This document shows, one piece after another, positions 23,544-37,100 of a stretch of DNA of 64,000 bases. Made by a program: the position numbers and the translations under genes. The notes under the pieces were generated by a model. That model did no database searches and was not told where the DNA came from. It saw nothing but the letters and a program-made list of their open reading frames with translations. Within the stretch, counting starts at the first letter, position 1. Each line of letters starts with the position of its first letter. The DNA is from Oculina patagonica (Eukaryota), in assembly GCF_052425735.1 (NCBI RefSeq), contig NC_135770.1, forward strand, positions 5,332,001 to 5,396,000. Reading direction: 5' to 3'.

Positions 23544-26001
23544 AATTTGCTGATAAAATAAAGACTTACTGAGAGAAGAGCTTCTTAAGCCCCCCCCCCC
23601 CCTCCCCACTTCAGGTCAGTAATCACCCTCCTCCCCCCAATTAGAAAAATGTTCTGCCATCCCTGGTCTCGCCTACAGTAGTGATTACCTGCGACGTGTG
23701 AGTCAGAGTACTTTCCAAGTGTCCTTTTCAAGTGGGCTTACAATACGTTCATACTGGCCAATCAAATTGACCAAACATACTGAACAAGCATACCGACCAT
23801 TTCATTATGAAGCTCAAAACAAGTCCTACAGTTGTTAAACAAACATTAGAGGTCTCTGACCATACTCAACAATGACGTAAAATAAAACAAGCTAAACAAT
23901 AGGGGCTATGATAAACACAGTTACACTTAAGGTTTCTGTAGACCTTCAGGGGTGTCTTCCGGAAAATCGTTCATACGCGCGTTTCTTTTAAAAAACCCTA
24001 CGAAAAGTATATATCACTGTAAAGCTTATAGAATGTAGAATCTAAAAAAATAATTATTTTAAAGATTTAGTCTAATGGTAAGCTTGCGCAAGCCTTAAAC
24101 CGCAATACTGATGATGTTTGCTAAATTGAATTCCCTGCTTTCGTGTTTGCACGTACGACCAAACAAACTGGACAGTGTCAATCAGCAGGTAATGGACTAC
24201 AAAAGTGTGAGGCTTTTTGGATATTCCTATTGGTTGCTGAGAAAATATATTCCTATTGGTTGGATATTCCTATTGGTTGCTGTGAATTTGGTGATTAGAA
24301 TATTTGCTGATCTTCGTCACGTAAGAAGGCGTAAAATGCGTAATATTTGAAATATTAAAAAAGCCTCACACACTTTGGCGCATTAAAGGAACTATGTCAC
24401 GGCTAAGTTAATCTTATGTTATTAAATTTTGCCAAATATTCGCTATGAAACTAAATGTTTAATTCTTTGATACTAAATGACAAAAACATAGCTTCCTTGC
24501 AGCTAAATGTGTCTCTCGGGCGTCATAAATTAATTCTCGTTTTCTTTCCATGTGGTATTTTTAATTTTAAACCAAACCACTTAGTTTTACTTCATATATC
24601 CATTCTGACATTTTAAATCTTAAAACAATCCAGTCTGCTTATTAAACTGTATTAAGATTTGGTACATGGCTACCTTGTAACAGATTTATCACATTTTGTG
24701 AACTGTTTAGCTTTCATCTCTTTCAACCTTTAAAACCTCACTTGTCAGGCTATGAAAATATCTAAAAAACTAATAGACATTAATTTTGAACTGAATGTAA
24801 AATATATTTATAGGAACTAAGTTGCCAGGGACGGCAGGGATGTGGGGGCGGTGGGATTTCCAAAAAAATGAAGACTTACTGGGTCACCCACTACCTCTCG
24901 AAACGAGTTAATTCATTGGTTCTTAAAACATTAGATAACAGGTAACCACAATGCCCCCAGCCCTGAACAACAATAGAGGTAGTGTTTACAGCGGGCGAAT
25001 AAAAATAGAGGTTCCAGAGAGGTAGTATCTTACTGGACTTACTAGGAGAAAAGGGGTCTCTTAATCTCCCCACTTCAAGTCACTAGTCACCCTCCTCTCC
25101 CCAATTACAAAAAAATTTTCCCCTATCCCTGGTCTTGCCTACAGTAGTGATTACCTGCAACCTGTGAGTCAGAGTACTTTCTCAGTGTCCTTTTCAAGCG
25201 GGCTTACAATACGTTCATACTGGCCAATCAAATCGACCGAACAAGCATACTACATATCCTTATGAAGCTCAAAACAAGTCCTACAGTTGTTAAACAAACA
25301 TTACAGTAAAATTGTATCCTTTTAAGAGCTATTAAAACGATGATAAACACTCAAGACCTGGTACATTCAGATTATCAATTCCATACCTTTAAATTAATAA
25401 ATTACCGGTAATTCATTTTTTAAATTTTACGTATTTTTTATGAATGAGTGCATTTCACTTTTGGAGAACCAAAATCTAATGGGCATTAGTCTTATTGACT
25501 AGTTAAAGGAAAACAATTTTTCTGCCCAAGTACAAATGTTGTACCAATTGCTATAAAAATACAAAACATGTCCTACAATAACAGCCTTCTACTCAGAAAT
25601 CTCATATCTTTCTTTAAGAGCTAACAGCTGAGAAGGCTTATTTTTGGAAGAATTTTCCGTCTAAGATTTGGGGGGCTTGTTTGCTTGTTTTTTTTTTGAG
25701 GGGAGGAGGGGGGTAATTTTTTTTTGAAAATTTACAGTATGTGAGACCAGTGCAAATTTTGTACTGATCTCGATACTAAAAAACGTTCTGTTATGTACAA
25801 CATAATATAAAATAGACCTGCCAAAAAACATATACTTGTACCAACAGCAAAAGTGGCTTGGTCTATTGTTTATAAAAGAAAAACCACAAACGCCTCACGA
25901 ACTTGTACACTGAAGTCGCAGGCATCATAGCCTTTGACTACGCATTTTATAATTAGTGTAACCTTTCCTTTCCATTGAAATGGATTAACTCTTATATTTA
26001 C

Positions 26002-27096
26002 TCCCGGCCTGACCAATAAATGAAAATCGATGATCAGAAATCAATAGATATCCATCAATAAGTGTTAGTTAATTGATATCGACTGGTATCAGCCAATCGA
26101 TAGTCACAAATGAAATTTCCTTAATCACATCGATTGCAATTGTCATTGATATCTTAAAGCGTACATAAGGATCCCAAGGATATTTGGATATACTGTAATG
26201 ATTCGATTTAGCGCCCTCCTTCCAATAAGCACCCCATTCCGAATAAGCGCCCCCCCCCTTCGAATGTGTTTTTGTTAATAAGCGCCCCTATTCTAATAAG
26301 ACCAATATTATTACAGCGCCTTCAGAGTACGTATCAAACATGGTTCATCTATTTGGTCGTTTCTCAAAACATTAAATAAGCGCCCTGTCTCGAATAAGCG
26401 CCCAGGCTCCCTTGAGTTCCTAAAAGTAAATAAGCGCCACGGGCACTAAATCGAATCATTACGGTAGATTTACGCAACACTCAAACGTCCAACGTGGGTG
26501 GGAAATTTCTATTTACAGCTTTTAGTCAACAGATACTCACGAGGCTTTTCACGATGTCTGAAGATTGGGCGAAAGAAAGGAAAGGTTACACTAATTTTAA
26601 AATGCGTAGTCAAAGGCTATCATGCCTGCGACTTCAGTGTACAAGTTGGTGAGGTGTTTGTGGTTTTTCTTTTAGAAATAATAGCCACTTATTCCCAAGT
26701 AATTCTTCTATTGTTGTTAACGTTGATACAAGTATATGTTTCTTGGACGGGTTTATTTTATATTATGTTGTATATAACAAAACGTTTTTGGCAGCCTGGG
26801 TTGGAGAGAAGCGTGTTAAATGGTAAGGGAAAAATAAGGAAAGGGGTTATGGGCGGGGGAGGGGGGGACGAGAGTTGAAATAATAACGTAAAGATTCATA
26901 CAGAATTGAACCAAAAAAAAAACAATCAATGAAAATTGATGATTATTGATGAAGTTTGATTGTGTTAGAAGACACAAAACTTTCTGTCATGGATTGGTCA
27001 TCGTTTTCCAATATCAATCAATAAATTGCCATCGATTGTTATTGATTGATATTGATTATCATTGATTATCGGTTTCATTGATTGGTCAGGCCGGAA
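26002..27096. mobile_element. Non-autonomous TIR element (CCGGCCTGACCAAT) with a nested TA-flanked MITE at 26193-26464
   Basis: Terminal CCGGCCTGACCAATAAATGAAA / TTTCATTGATTGGTCAGGCCGG. A shorter copy sits at the same site downstream of copy F. Confidence 0.75.
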
Positions 27097-27203
27097 TTAA
27101 GTTACTGTTTATTGTTCACTTATTATTTTGCATCAGTACTGATTTGTCAGGCTTTCGCATATACAACTGAGTCGTACCAGACCGTCATCACTGTAATCAC
27201 CAA

Positions 27204-28922
27204 CTATGAAACCACCTCACATTCATTCAGAACTTCTTTTTGTATTCGTAGACTGCAAATGTTGTACTTTTCAGGGCCCAGTGAAGGAACATTGCAACAA
27301 AATTTCCACTTATTGCTTTCAGCATCATACTCCTGCAAAGAGACTTTGTTGGAATCATCTTGTTCAAAACAACCACACACATATATTTTCCCCTTGAAAC
27401 TCACTGCACTCAAAAAATCAACCATTGAAACAACTGTACTGGCAATGCTGCTCCACACATCAAAAGCTGGGTCGTACACTTCACAGAAGTTTGCCTCTGT
27501 TGCACCTCTTCCCAGGCCTCCAAACAGAAACACTTTCTCATTGACAGCTGCACCACATGCACTGGTTCTTCTTTCAAGAGTTGGAGCAATCCTATGCCAC
27601 ACATTTTCTTCATCAAATCTTTCAACAATCTTCAGGAAGGATCCTCCAACTGCATACAGGAAATTCTTGCAAGCTACAGCACATATGCCACTTCTCGCAA
27701 TGCTCAGAGATGCCACCATTTGCCACCGGTTTGTCTCAGGATTGTACGTTTGCACAGTGCTGAATTTCACGTTGTTTTTGTCTGCTCCACCTATGACATA
27801 CAATAATCCCTGGAAAGTAACAACAGCAGCAAACTTAATTTCTTGATCGAAGGACTTCAAGGGAGCCCATGTGTTGGTTAATGCATCATAGCACTCTGCT
27901 GGATGGCCATCTGCATTTCCTCCAATACAATACATCTTTCTGTGACATGAACTGGTGGACTGGCAGTACATTGGCCGATTGGTTAGCATCTTGGCCAACT
28001 TGTACCACTTGTTCTCTGAAGGTATGTAACACAATGTACTCTTACGTGTTCCACGTGCAACAATGACATCTTCATGTGTCTTCATGCAGTTTCTTGGTGA
28101 CTGAGCAAAATAGCACTCCTCTGTACCACTAAACGCCAACTTCATGGCATCTAAGGCTATATTTGAGCACTCTTTATTGTCTTTTATCAAGGGATTTGAT
28201 AAAATAACGTTGAATAAAAAGTCACGTCTTATGTAAATAAGACGAATGTGACGAAACAAGTCGGGAACACTTCGTTTTCTTCTCTTATTTCTTGCGATCC
28301 ACTTCACTACAACTCCGAACACGTCCTCCTCTCCTTTAACGATGATTTCATCGCTTGAGATCCACTCCTCGACTTGTGTGCTGCTCAAATTCAAAAATTC
28401 TTCAGTTTCAGCTACAGCAACAAAGTTTGCCAGAATGAAATCCCTCGCATTTTTCTGCAGATCTTCGCACCGATACCTTTCAGCCAGATAATAAGCCGTG
28501 ATGCAGCTGGAAAAAGACAAGGCTTGTGCAATAACGTTCCCACACAAATCTTTCAAGGTTGGAAGAAGAAAATAATCTGCTGCTGCCATCAAATCACAGG
28601 CATTGGTTTCACTGATGTCAACACGACCTGTGTAGAGATACTCCAACACTTCTTCCATAACATCTTTGGTTATCTGTTCCAATCGGATCACTCCTTCTTT
28701 CTTTTCTTTCATGTCACATTTAAGGGCGTTGTAAAAGAACGGACTTGCTGCACATAACACGATTCTGTGAGCTTTCAAACGAGCTTGATCGTCACCGAAG
28801 CCAACTTCTAGAATCACATCACAGCAATGTTCGTTTCTTCGCTGAATGTCCAGGCGTTTCATAATTTCCACACAAAATTGATGCTTCTCAGTTTTTGCAA
28901 TTGCCTCAAGAAGAGAATCCAT
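27204..28922 (-). CDS. Kelch-like BTB-BACK-Kelch protein, copy E (572 aa from MDSLLE)
   Basis: Paralog; conserved ATG at 28922. Confidence 0.93.
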   Translation of the reverse strand: MDSLLEAIAKTEKHQFCVEIMKRLDIQRRNEHCCDVILEVGFGDDQARLKAHRIVLCAASPFFYNALKCDMKEKKEGVIRLEQITKDVMEEVLEYLYTGRVDISETNACDLMAAADYFLLPTLKDLCGNVIAQALSFSSCITAYYLAERYRCEDLQKNARDFILANFVAVAETEEFLNLSSTQVEEWISSDEIIVKGEEDVFGVVVKWIARNKRRKRSVPDLFRHIRLIYIRRDFLFNVILSNPLIKDNKECSNIALDAMKLAFSGTEECYFAQSPRNCMKTHEDVIVARGTRKSTLCYIPSENKWYKLAKMLTNRPMYCQSTSSCHRKMYCIGGNADGHPAECYDALTNTWAPLKSFDQEIKFAAVVTFQGLLYVIGGADKNNVKFSTVQTYNPETNRWQMVASLSIARSGICAVACKNFLYAVGGSFLKIVERFDEENVWHRIAPTLERRTSACGAAVNEKVFLFGGLGRGATEANFCEVYDPAFDVWSSIASTVVSMVDFLSAVSFKGKIYVCGCFEQDDSNKVSLQEYDAESNKWKFCCNVPSLGPEKYNICSLRIQKEVLNECEVVS

Positions 28923-29608
28923 GATAAGGCTGAGTGGTGAACACAGTAAAGCGGCTAAAAGGAAAGAACGCCTCAGCAAAACGACTCGGAAGAGCTCGAT
29001 TTTGATCAAATGTTCGAGGCACATGGCGCGCGAAATTTGATGCCGTCGGGGACGTTGCCGCTGTACATTATCGCAGCCCGCAGTCAGGTAAAAGTTCCCG
29101 CCAAAGAAAACCGTGAAACGCGGGAAGTGAAGCATCTGGACGCCCAGCCGCCCAGTGCGAAAAAAATGTGACAGCATAGGAGATGTACATGTGACATCAA
29201 GACCAGTATTAATAAAGGTCCATTTGTCTTACAAAGTTACAGAGGCGGCGGAGTGTTCTGGAACGTGGGGGAACGTGTTTTCATATTTGGAGGCACTTTT
29301 TCCGGTCTTGCAACTCCTTGATTCCTAAGCAGTTTCTAGACCGAAGATTTCCGAACATTCTCCGATTGTTGTTCGAGGGTCATACGAACGTTCCCGACTT
29401 TTCTGAAGATTAACAAAGATGTTTGAACTGACTCACGAGACGGATTATCTTGACAAACCAATTTTACGCTGCGCTCTTGATATTTTCGGCACCAAAACGT
29501 GAGGTGGGGGGGGGGGACTGAGAACTCCAAATTTCGTTTTCTTGGGAGGGGGGGTCGGGGCTACAGTCCCCCTGCCCCGCCACCTCCGCGTTATCCCTTA
29601 CAATCGTA

Positions 29609-29783
29609 CAGTCAACTCTCGCCTTGCGGATACCCCGCTATTGCGGACGCTCGCTATTACGGACAAAATCCAGATCCCGAGCGAATAAGGTTTAACTGGA
29701 AATGACTCCCGTTATTACGGACTCTCGCTATTACGGACACTAAACGACGCCCCGAGCGTGTCCGCTTTAACGAGAGTTGACTG
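29609..29783. mobile_element. pogo/Tigger-type MITE
   Basis: TA-CAGTCAACTCTCG...CGAGAGTTGACTG-TA. Confidence 0.85.
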
Positions 29784-31344
29784 TATTTGTAATTCCAGAC
29801 AAGATGCTGTTACTATCATGGGCGGTGCTAAGTTATACTTCAACAATCACCTTTGAGAAAAATAAATGTACGGTTTTCTCCTTGAATCTTTACCAGTAGC
29901 CCTTGCATTTTTATTGGATGGTCAGCAAAGTAGGAAAGCAGCAAAATTTGTGATGCCAGCATGATTGAGTGACTCTTATTCAGACTACCCAAATAACCCT
30001 TTACAAAATGTGGACTTTGTTGTGATTTGTTCATGATAATCAGCAGCACTAATAATTGAGAAGTCTGAAAGGATAAAATGGGAACTGGAATGTGGGCAAA
30101 TTTTCACTGGGATAATGAGATTTGATTCACTGGACTCCGAATCACAAACAAAGAGACAATAGAATTGGGATTAAGATTTGGAAAATCAGGAAAACAATAG
30201 GCTGGGAAATGGGATTTATAGCCTCCCTTAAGGACTCTATGCCTCTTTATTGTGACAGACAGATACACGTTTTGAAATGTTCCAAGACCTTTTAATAGAA
30301 CAAATTTTCCTTATAACAGAACAGACATCCTTTTTAATGGTTGGATTTACTATAATAGTGGTAATTATCAAATACTTAAAAGTATTTTTTAAAAATAAAC
30401 TTTCCTTTTATTCTCTTGTTTTCTTCCCATGTGGTATTTTTCATTTTAAATCAAGCCACTTAGTTCTACTTCATATATCCACTCTGACATTTTAAATCTT
30501 AAAACCATCCACTCTGCTTATTAAACTGCATTGAGTTTTGGTTCATGCTGCCTTGTTACAGATTTATTACAACATTTCGTGAACTGTTAAGCTTTCATGT
30601 TTTTCAACCTTTAAAACGTCACTTGTCAGGCTATGAAATCAAACAACGATTTTAAATGCATTTGTTAGGACTGAATGTAAAATACATTAACAGTGATCAG
30701 GTTGCCAATCACTCTTTTTATCAATTTCTTGGGTCTCCAGGGATGGCAGAGTCATGTAACTTGCGTGGGGGGGGGGGGGGAAATTTGCTGATAAAATAAA
30801 GACTTACTAAGAGAAGATAAGATAAGAAGAGTCTCTTAAGGCCCCCCCCCCCACTTCAAGTGACTAGTCACCCTCCCCCCCACCAATTTAAAAAATGTTC
30901 TGCCATCCCTGGTCTCGCCTAGAGTAGTGATTACCTGCGATGTGTGAGTCAGAGTAATTTCTAAGTGTCCTTTACAAGTGGGCTTACAATGCTTTCATAC
31001 TGGCCAATCAAATTGACTGAACATACTGAACAAGCATACCGACCATTTCATTATGAAGTTCAAAACAAGTCCTGTAGTTGTTAAACAAACATTGCAGGTC
31101 TCTGACCATACTCCACAATGACATAAAATAAAACAAGCTCAACAGTAGGGGCTATGATAAACACAGTTACACTTAAAACCTGGTACATTCAGATTATCAA
31201 TTCCATACATTTTAATTTAATCATTCATTCATTTTTAAATTTTACGTAATTTTTTTGGATGAGTGCATTTCACTTTTGCAGAACCAAAATCTGAGTGGCA
31301 GTTGTCCAATGGACAAGTTTTTCTGCCCAAGTACAAATGTTGTA

Positions 31345-31761
31345 CCGTCGCTTGCATCTAAGCGTGAACACATGCCGCCGAAACATGATCTAATTGGGTA
31401 TCAAACGTGGCATGATTGGTCATCAAACGTTTGAAGTTTAGCAGACCGTAACGGCAACTTTCGCGCCGAAACTTCAACACATTCCGGTTTCGAAACATTC
31501 GAAATGGCGAAAAGATTGGATATCAAGACTTCCTTCGACAAATTAATCCTGATCTGTGTCGATATGCATTTGCAGGTTCACTTGAATCACTTCTGGTGCA
31601 CAGTTTCGCCTGTTCTCAGTGTTTATGGTGAGCATTTTGAGCGTGAAAGTTGTCGTTACGGTCTGCTAAACTTCAATGTTTCATGACGAAACATGCCATG
31701 TTTGATACCCAATTAGATCATGTTTCGGCGGCTCGTGTTCACGCTTAGATGCAAGCGACGG
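31345..31761. mobile_element. Foldback element with ~120-bp TIRs and TA duplication
   Basis: CCGTCGCTTGCATCTAAGCGTGAACAC... / ...GTGTTCACGCTTAGATGCAAGCGACGG; empty site ATGTTGTACT in paralogous spacers. Confidence 0.85.
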
Positions 31762-32450
31762 TACTAATTGCTATAAAATACAAAACAAGCTCAGCAATAT
31801 GCGCAGAAAAGTTCCAGCTGAGAGGGCTTATTTTTGGAAGGATTTTTCCATCTGAGATTAGGGGGGCTTGTTTTTTTTCTTCAGGGGGTGGGGGAGGGGG
31901 TATTTCCAGAATTTTAAAGTACCGGTATGTGAGATCAGTGCAAATGTTGTACTGATCTCAATACAAATTCTGTCTGTTTTCTGTTTACATTAAACCAATC
32001 TAAATAAAATGTCATCTCAGACATGATTTCCACATTGCCCCATCACATGTGAACACTTGTCACAGTGAAACATGTTTAATTTGTGTTCGGACTAGGTAAG
32101 CATGTTTCAACCTATTGTGGACAATTTTTGCAAGTAAAACCTGAGCCTTAATCAAATCTTGGACAAAGTCAAATGTCCGACTCACTGTTGATTGGTCAGC
32201 GGTACAATATATATCCAAACCTCTTGTCATTTCAAACAGTGGATGATGGGCAGCAGACGGGCAACTAAATACAGGAATTGCTCTGAACTGAACAACACTG
32301 TGGTTAGCGTAAACAGCACCACGTCACTGATTTAAGAATGGTTAGGCTAACACTGTATGTTGTACATGACGTGACTTGCCAATGGGCATTTAACTTGGAC
32401 TTGACTTGTGCTTAGATTTCACTTGCCAAATGGATAAACTCTTATATTTA

Positions 32451-32727
32451 ATCCTGGCCTGACCAATAAATGAAAATCGATGATCAGAAATCAACGATCA
32501 ATCGATATCAATCAATAAGTGTTAGTTAATTGATATCCACTGGTATCAGCCAATCGATAGTCACAAATGAAATTTCCTTAATTACATCGATTGCTATCGA
32601 TTGTCATTGATATCTCGCAGCGTACATGGGGATCCCCAGGATATTCGGATACAGATTTACGCAACACTCAAACGGCCAATCGTGAGCGGGGAATTTCTTT
32701 CGGTTTCATCGATTGGTCAGGCTGGAA
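32451..32727. mobile_element. Internally deleted copy of the 26002-27096 element
   Basis: Same termini and the same insertion site relative to the KLHL stop codon. Confidence 0.75.
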
Positions 32728-33678
32728 TTAACTGTTTACTGTTTACTCATTATTTTGCACCAGTAATGATTTGTCAGGCTCTTGCATATACAACTGAGTC
32801 ATACCAGACCGTCATCACTGCATGTAATCACCAACTATGAAACCACCTCACATTCATTCAGAACTTCTTTTTGTATTCGTAGACTGCAAATGTTGTAATT
32901 TTCAGGGCCCAGTAAAGGAACATTGCAACAAAATTTCCACTTATTGCTTTCAGCATCATACTCCTGCAAAGAGACTTTGTTGGTATCATCTTGTTCAAAA
33001 CAACCACACACATATATTTTCCCCTTGAAACTCAATGCACTTAAGAAACCAACTCTTGAAACAACTGTACTTGCAATGCTACTCCACACATCAATAGCTG
33101 GGTCGTACACTTCACAGAAGTTTGCCTTTTTTTCATCATCTCTTAGGCCTCCAAACAGAAACACTTTCTCATTGACAGCTGCACCACATGCACCGGTTCT
33201 TCCTTCAAGAGTTGGAGCAATCCTATGCCACACATTTTCTTCATCAAATCTTTCAACAATCTTCAGGCGGGATCCTCCAATTGCATACAGGAAATTCTTG
33301 CAAGCTACAGCACATATGCCACTCCTTGCAATGCTCAGAGATGCCACCATTTGCCACCGGTTTGTCTCAGGATTGTACGTTTGCACAGTGCTGAATTTCA
33401 TGTTGTTTTTGTCTGCTCCACCTATGACATACAATAATCCCTGGAAAGTAACAACAGCAGCAAACTTAATTTCTTGATCAAAGGACTTCAAGGGAGCCCA
33501 TGTGTTGGTTAATGCATCATAGCACTCTGCTGGATGGCCATCTGCATTTTCTCCAATACAATACATCTTTCTGTGACATGAACTGGTGGACTGGCAGTAC
33601 ATTGGCCGATTGGCTAGCATCTTGGCCAACTTGTACCACTTGTTCTCTGAAGGTATGTAACACAATGTACTCTTACGT

Positions 33679-34106
33679 TGTCGAAGACTAGGACTAGTGA
33701 TTGCGTGACTTTACTTGAGTGGATGTTTTATTTAGGAATCCCACGTGGGGTATCAGATTATGTAATGTCAATGAGTGTTTTGTAGGACGAACCGATAAAG
33801 ATATGTGCCAGAATGTGTCAAGGCCGGAAATTCATAATTAGCCCGTCTGCACGTAATGCTTGTATAAGAAGAAAACAGTTAGTGTTTCGAGTTTAGTTGA
33901 TCTGTTGACCTGTTGAGTTGAGTTGAGTCTTTGACCAGTTACGCCTTTTTAACCTGAGAATTCCGTGATTGTGAAAGTGACCGCGACTTCAAGCCATTAA
34001 ACGACGTAAACCTGTGAGTATCATTTCTTGCACTGAATTGTTTGCCTTAGCTTTTTGTGAGATTCGTGGGGAATCCCGCTACCCTGCCTTGCTAGCGTTT
34101 CCCACA
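33679..34106 (+). repeat. 5' LTR (428 bp)
   Basis: TGTCGAAGACTAGG...GTTTCCCACA; by eye it differs from the 3' LTR by one substitution and a 5-bp indel. Confidence 0.95.
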
Positions 34107-34164
34107 CCTGGCACCTCCGACGGGACCGCCTAACCGATCTAAAACAAGGAAATTTACCGCGATA

Positions 34165-37100
34165 ATGGAAGCTTTAGAAACCAAGCTAGAACAGCTGAAG
34201 TTAGCAGTGAACAGAAGCGGTTCGATAGTGGAATCAAACAATGAAGCTGCGATAGAGAGGCATCTCTCTGCCATAAAAGCCTTAACAATGGAAGCCGACA
34301 AATTAAAACGAACTGTTGAAGAACAAAAAATCGCCGAAAAAGTGGAGCTAGAAGAACTTAACCAGTGGAATGCAAGTGTTGATGCCAAGATTGTCGCTGC
34401 TGACGAGAGCGTCAGGCATCTGAAAACCACCTTAGAGGAATTTCATCAGAAAATGGAGCTGAAGAAACAAGAAAAGGATTTGGAATTCGAGAAGAAGTTG
34501 TTCGAAGCAAAATTGAAGTACCAAGCCGAGCTTCAAGTAGCGAAAGAACAAGCCGAAGCAGCGCAAATAAAAAACAAGCCTACAGATGAGGGATCAGGCC
34601 AAGAGCAAGCAGCAAAGCTACCCAAGCTTCAAATAGCTCGATTCAATGGCACTTATGAAGATTGGCCCAGGTTCTGGAACCAATTCGTGGAAATCATTGA
34701 CAAAGCGACCATGCCGGGCGTGACGAAGTTTGCCTACTTGAAGTCTTTCCTTGACTCGAAGGTGAAAAAACCGATAGAAGGGCTACCATTTTCACACGAA
34801 GGTTACAACAGAGCCAAGTCAATACTGTTGGACAAGTACGGTAAGGATTCAGAGATAATCAAGACCTACGCCCAGCAGATTTTCGACCTTCCTATCATAC
34901 CTAACCAGAATGCATACCGAATTCACGAATTTTCCGATAAATTGACTTTCGCAGTGCAGTCTTTACAGACAATGGGCAAACTAGAACAGGTTAACGGTTA
35001 TGTTGCGATGACTTTGGACAAGTTGCCAGCGATTAGAGGGGACTTGGTGCGAACAGACCCATCGTGGGAAAACTGGACCTTCGACAAGCTGACAGAAGCG
35101 TTGCGCCTTTGGACGCGGAGAAATCCGATCAGTAAACAAGATGATAGAAATCAGCAAGATGACAGAAACCGCCGTGATGACAGGAAGAGAGATAAGCCCC
35201 CATTTCGGGTGTTCAACACCCAACAAAAGAATGGTGCACGCAAGCCATCTTGCGTGTACTGCGACGCGACAGAGCATCGAGCCTTTCACTGCCCCAGTGT
35301 TGTTGACGTGGCTAAACGACGGTCTATCCTACTTCAGAAGAGGTTGTGTTTCAATTGCACCGGCCCCCACAAAGCTGAATATTGTCAGAGCAAGATGGTA
35401 TGTCAGAAATGCAGAAAGAAGCATCACACGTCAATTTGTGACAGCGATCAACAGGATCCAAGGTCTGAAGGATTATTAACGGCCCATCAACGTGACAAAA
35501 CAGAAGTGGTGTACCCTGTGGTTTTAGTCAAGATCAATGGAATTAAAACAAGAGCCCTACTTGACACCGGAGCTGGAAGTTCTTACGCCTCAGCTCGGCT
35601 AATCAACGCCTTGCATACGAAACCGGCCGAAACTCAAACGAAACAAATCGAAATGATGCTGGGCTCCATGACAACCAAAGTAGAAATGTACAATGTCAAC
35701 GTGACATCCCTGAGTGGCGATTTCAGTATGAGCGTGACAGTATCCAAGGTCGACAAACCGGAACTCATGACTCTTGAAAATCCCAAGTATGAAGAGTTGA
35801 CGAAACGGTACACGCACCTGAGTGATGTTTACATGGACGACAAAGATGGCAAACCGAAACTACCCATTCATCTGGTGTTAGGTGCTTCCGAGTACGCAAG
35901 AATCAAGACTAGCACTCCACCGAAGATAGCTTTATCAGGTCAACCTGTGGCGGAGAAGACAACACTCGGCTGGACAATCATGTCACCAGGCCACGAACAC
36001 GAAGCCAGTAACACGTTTCTTACCCAGACAACCAGCGTGGACTTCGAACAGCTCTGCCGTTTAGACGTCCTTGGCCTCGCCGACGCCTCAGCAAACGACC
36101 AGGATGTGGTCTACTCTGAGTTCAAGGAACAGTTGATACGTCATCCCGACGGATACTATCAAACGGGTCTCCCCTGGAAAGGAAGCCATCCACAGTTGCC
36201 CACAAACAAGTCTGGAAGTATTAAAAGACTTCAGCAGCTCGTAAGAAAACTCGATCGCACCAATGCCTATGACCAGTATGACGCCATTATTCAGGAACAG
36301 AAAGAAGAAGGAATCGTCGAACCAGCTCCGGCCGAACCCAAAGGGACTGAATTTTACATACCCCATAGAGCAGTAGTTCGAGAAAACGCGGAAACTACCA
36401 AGTTAAGGATCGTCTATGATGCCTCCGCCAAAGAAAATCCCAGCCAGCCATCTTTAAACGACTGCCTTCATCCAGGACCACCCTTACAGAACCTATTATG
36501 GAACGTTCTAATCAGAGCTCGTTTCTACCCCGTATTGCTGGCAGGAGATCTGCAGAAGGCTTTCTTACAAGTACGCATTAAAGAAGAAGAAAGGGATGCC
36601 TTGCGATTTCATTGGAAACCACGTGATCAATCAGCCATCGAAACTTACAGATTCACCAGAGCCCTGTTCGGCCTCACCTCTTCACCCTTTCTGTTGGGTG
36701 GAGTTATACAGCAACATCTAGACGCGTGGGAGCAACGAGAACCGGAGTTGGTTGCCCAAATCAGAAAGAGCCTGTACGTTGATGATTTGATATCTGGTGC
36801 ATCAACAGTGCCGCAAGCTCAACAGCAAAAGGAAGGATCGATTAAAATCTTTGGTGATGCCAAATTTGTTCTACACAAGTGGAACTCAAATGCACCTGAG
36901 CTAGAGAGAGACGGTGACCCTGGTGACAGCGAGGATCTGAGCTTTGCTAAACAACAGTTGGGACCACCAACAACACTAACGAAGCTGCTAGGACTGCCTT
37001 GGGACAAGATTGCCGACACGTTAAGCGTTTGTTTCCCACAGCAACCGGTTGAACCAACCAGAAGAGGAATCTTGTCGCAGCTGGCCAAAATCTACGACCC

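Noticed and set aside
27082-27846. Long antisense ORFs over the Kelch regions (also 14678-15259, 32923-33477 and others)
   Set aside because: Shadow frames of the KLHL coding strand; their starts and stops differ between paralogs.
28923-29177. 85-aa N-terminal extension of copy E (and 19 aa in copy D)
   Set aside because: Not open in the other paralogs and runs through the promoter block; the shared MDSLLE ATG is the likely start.
32835-33665. Independent Kelch-only gene
   Set aside because: It is the 3' half of disrupted copy F; the listed start is a TTG codon next to the LTR.
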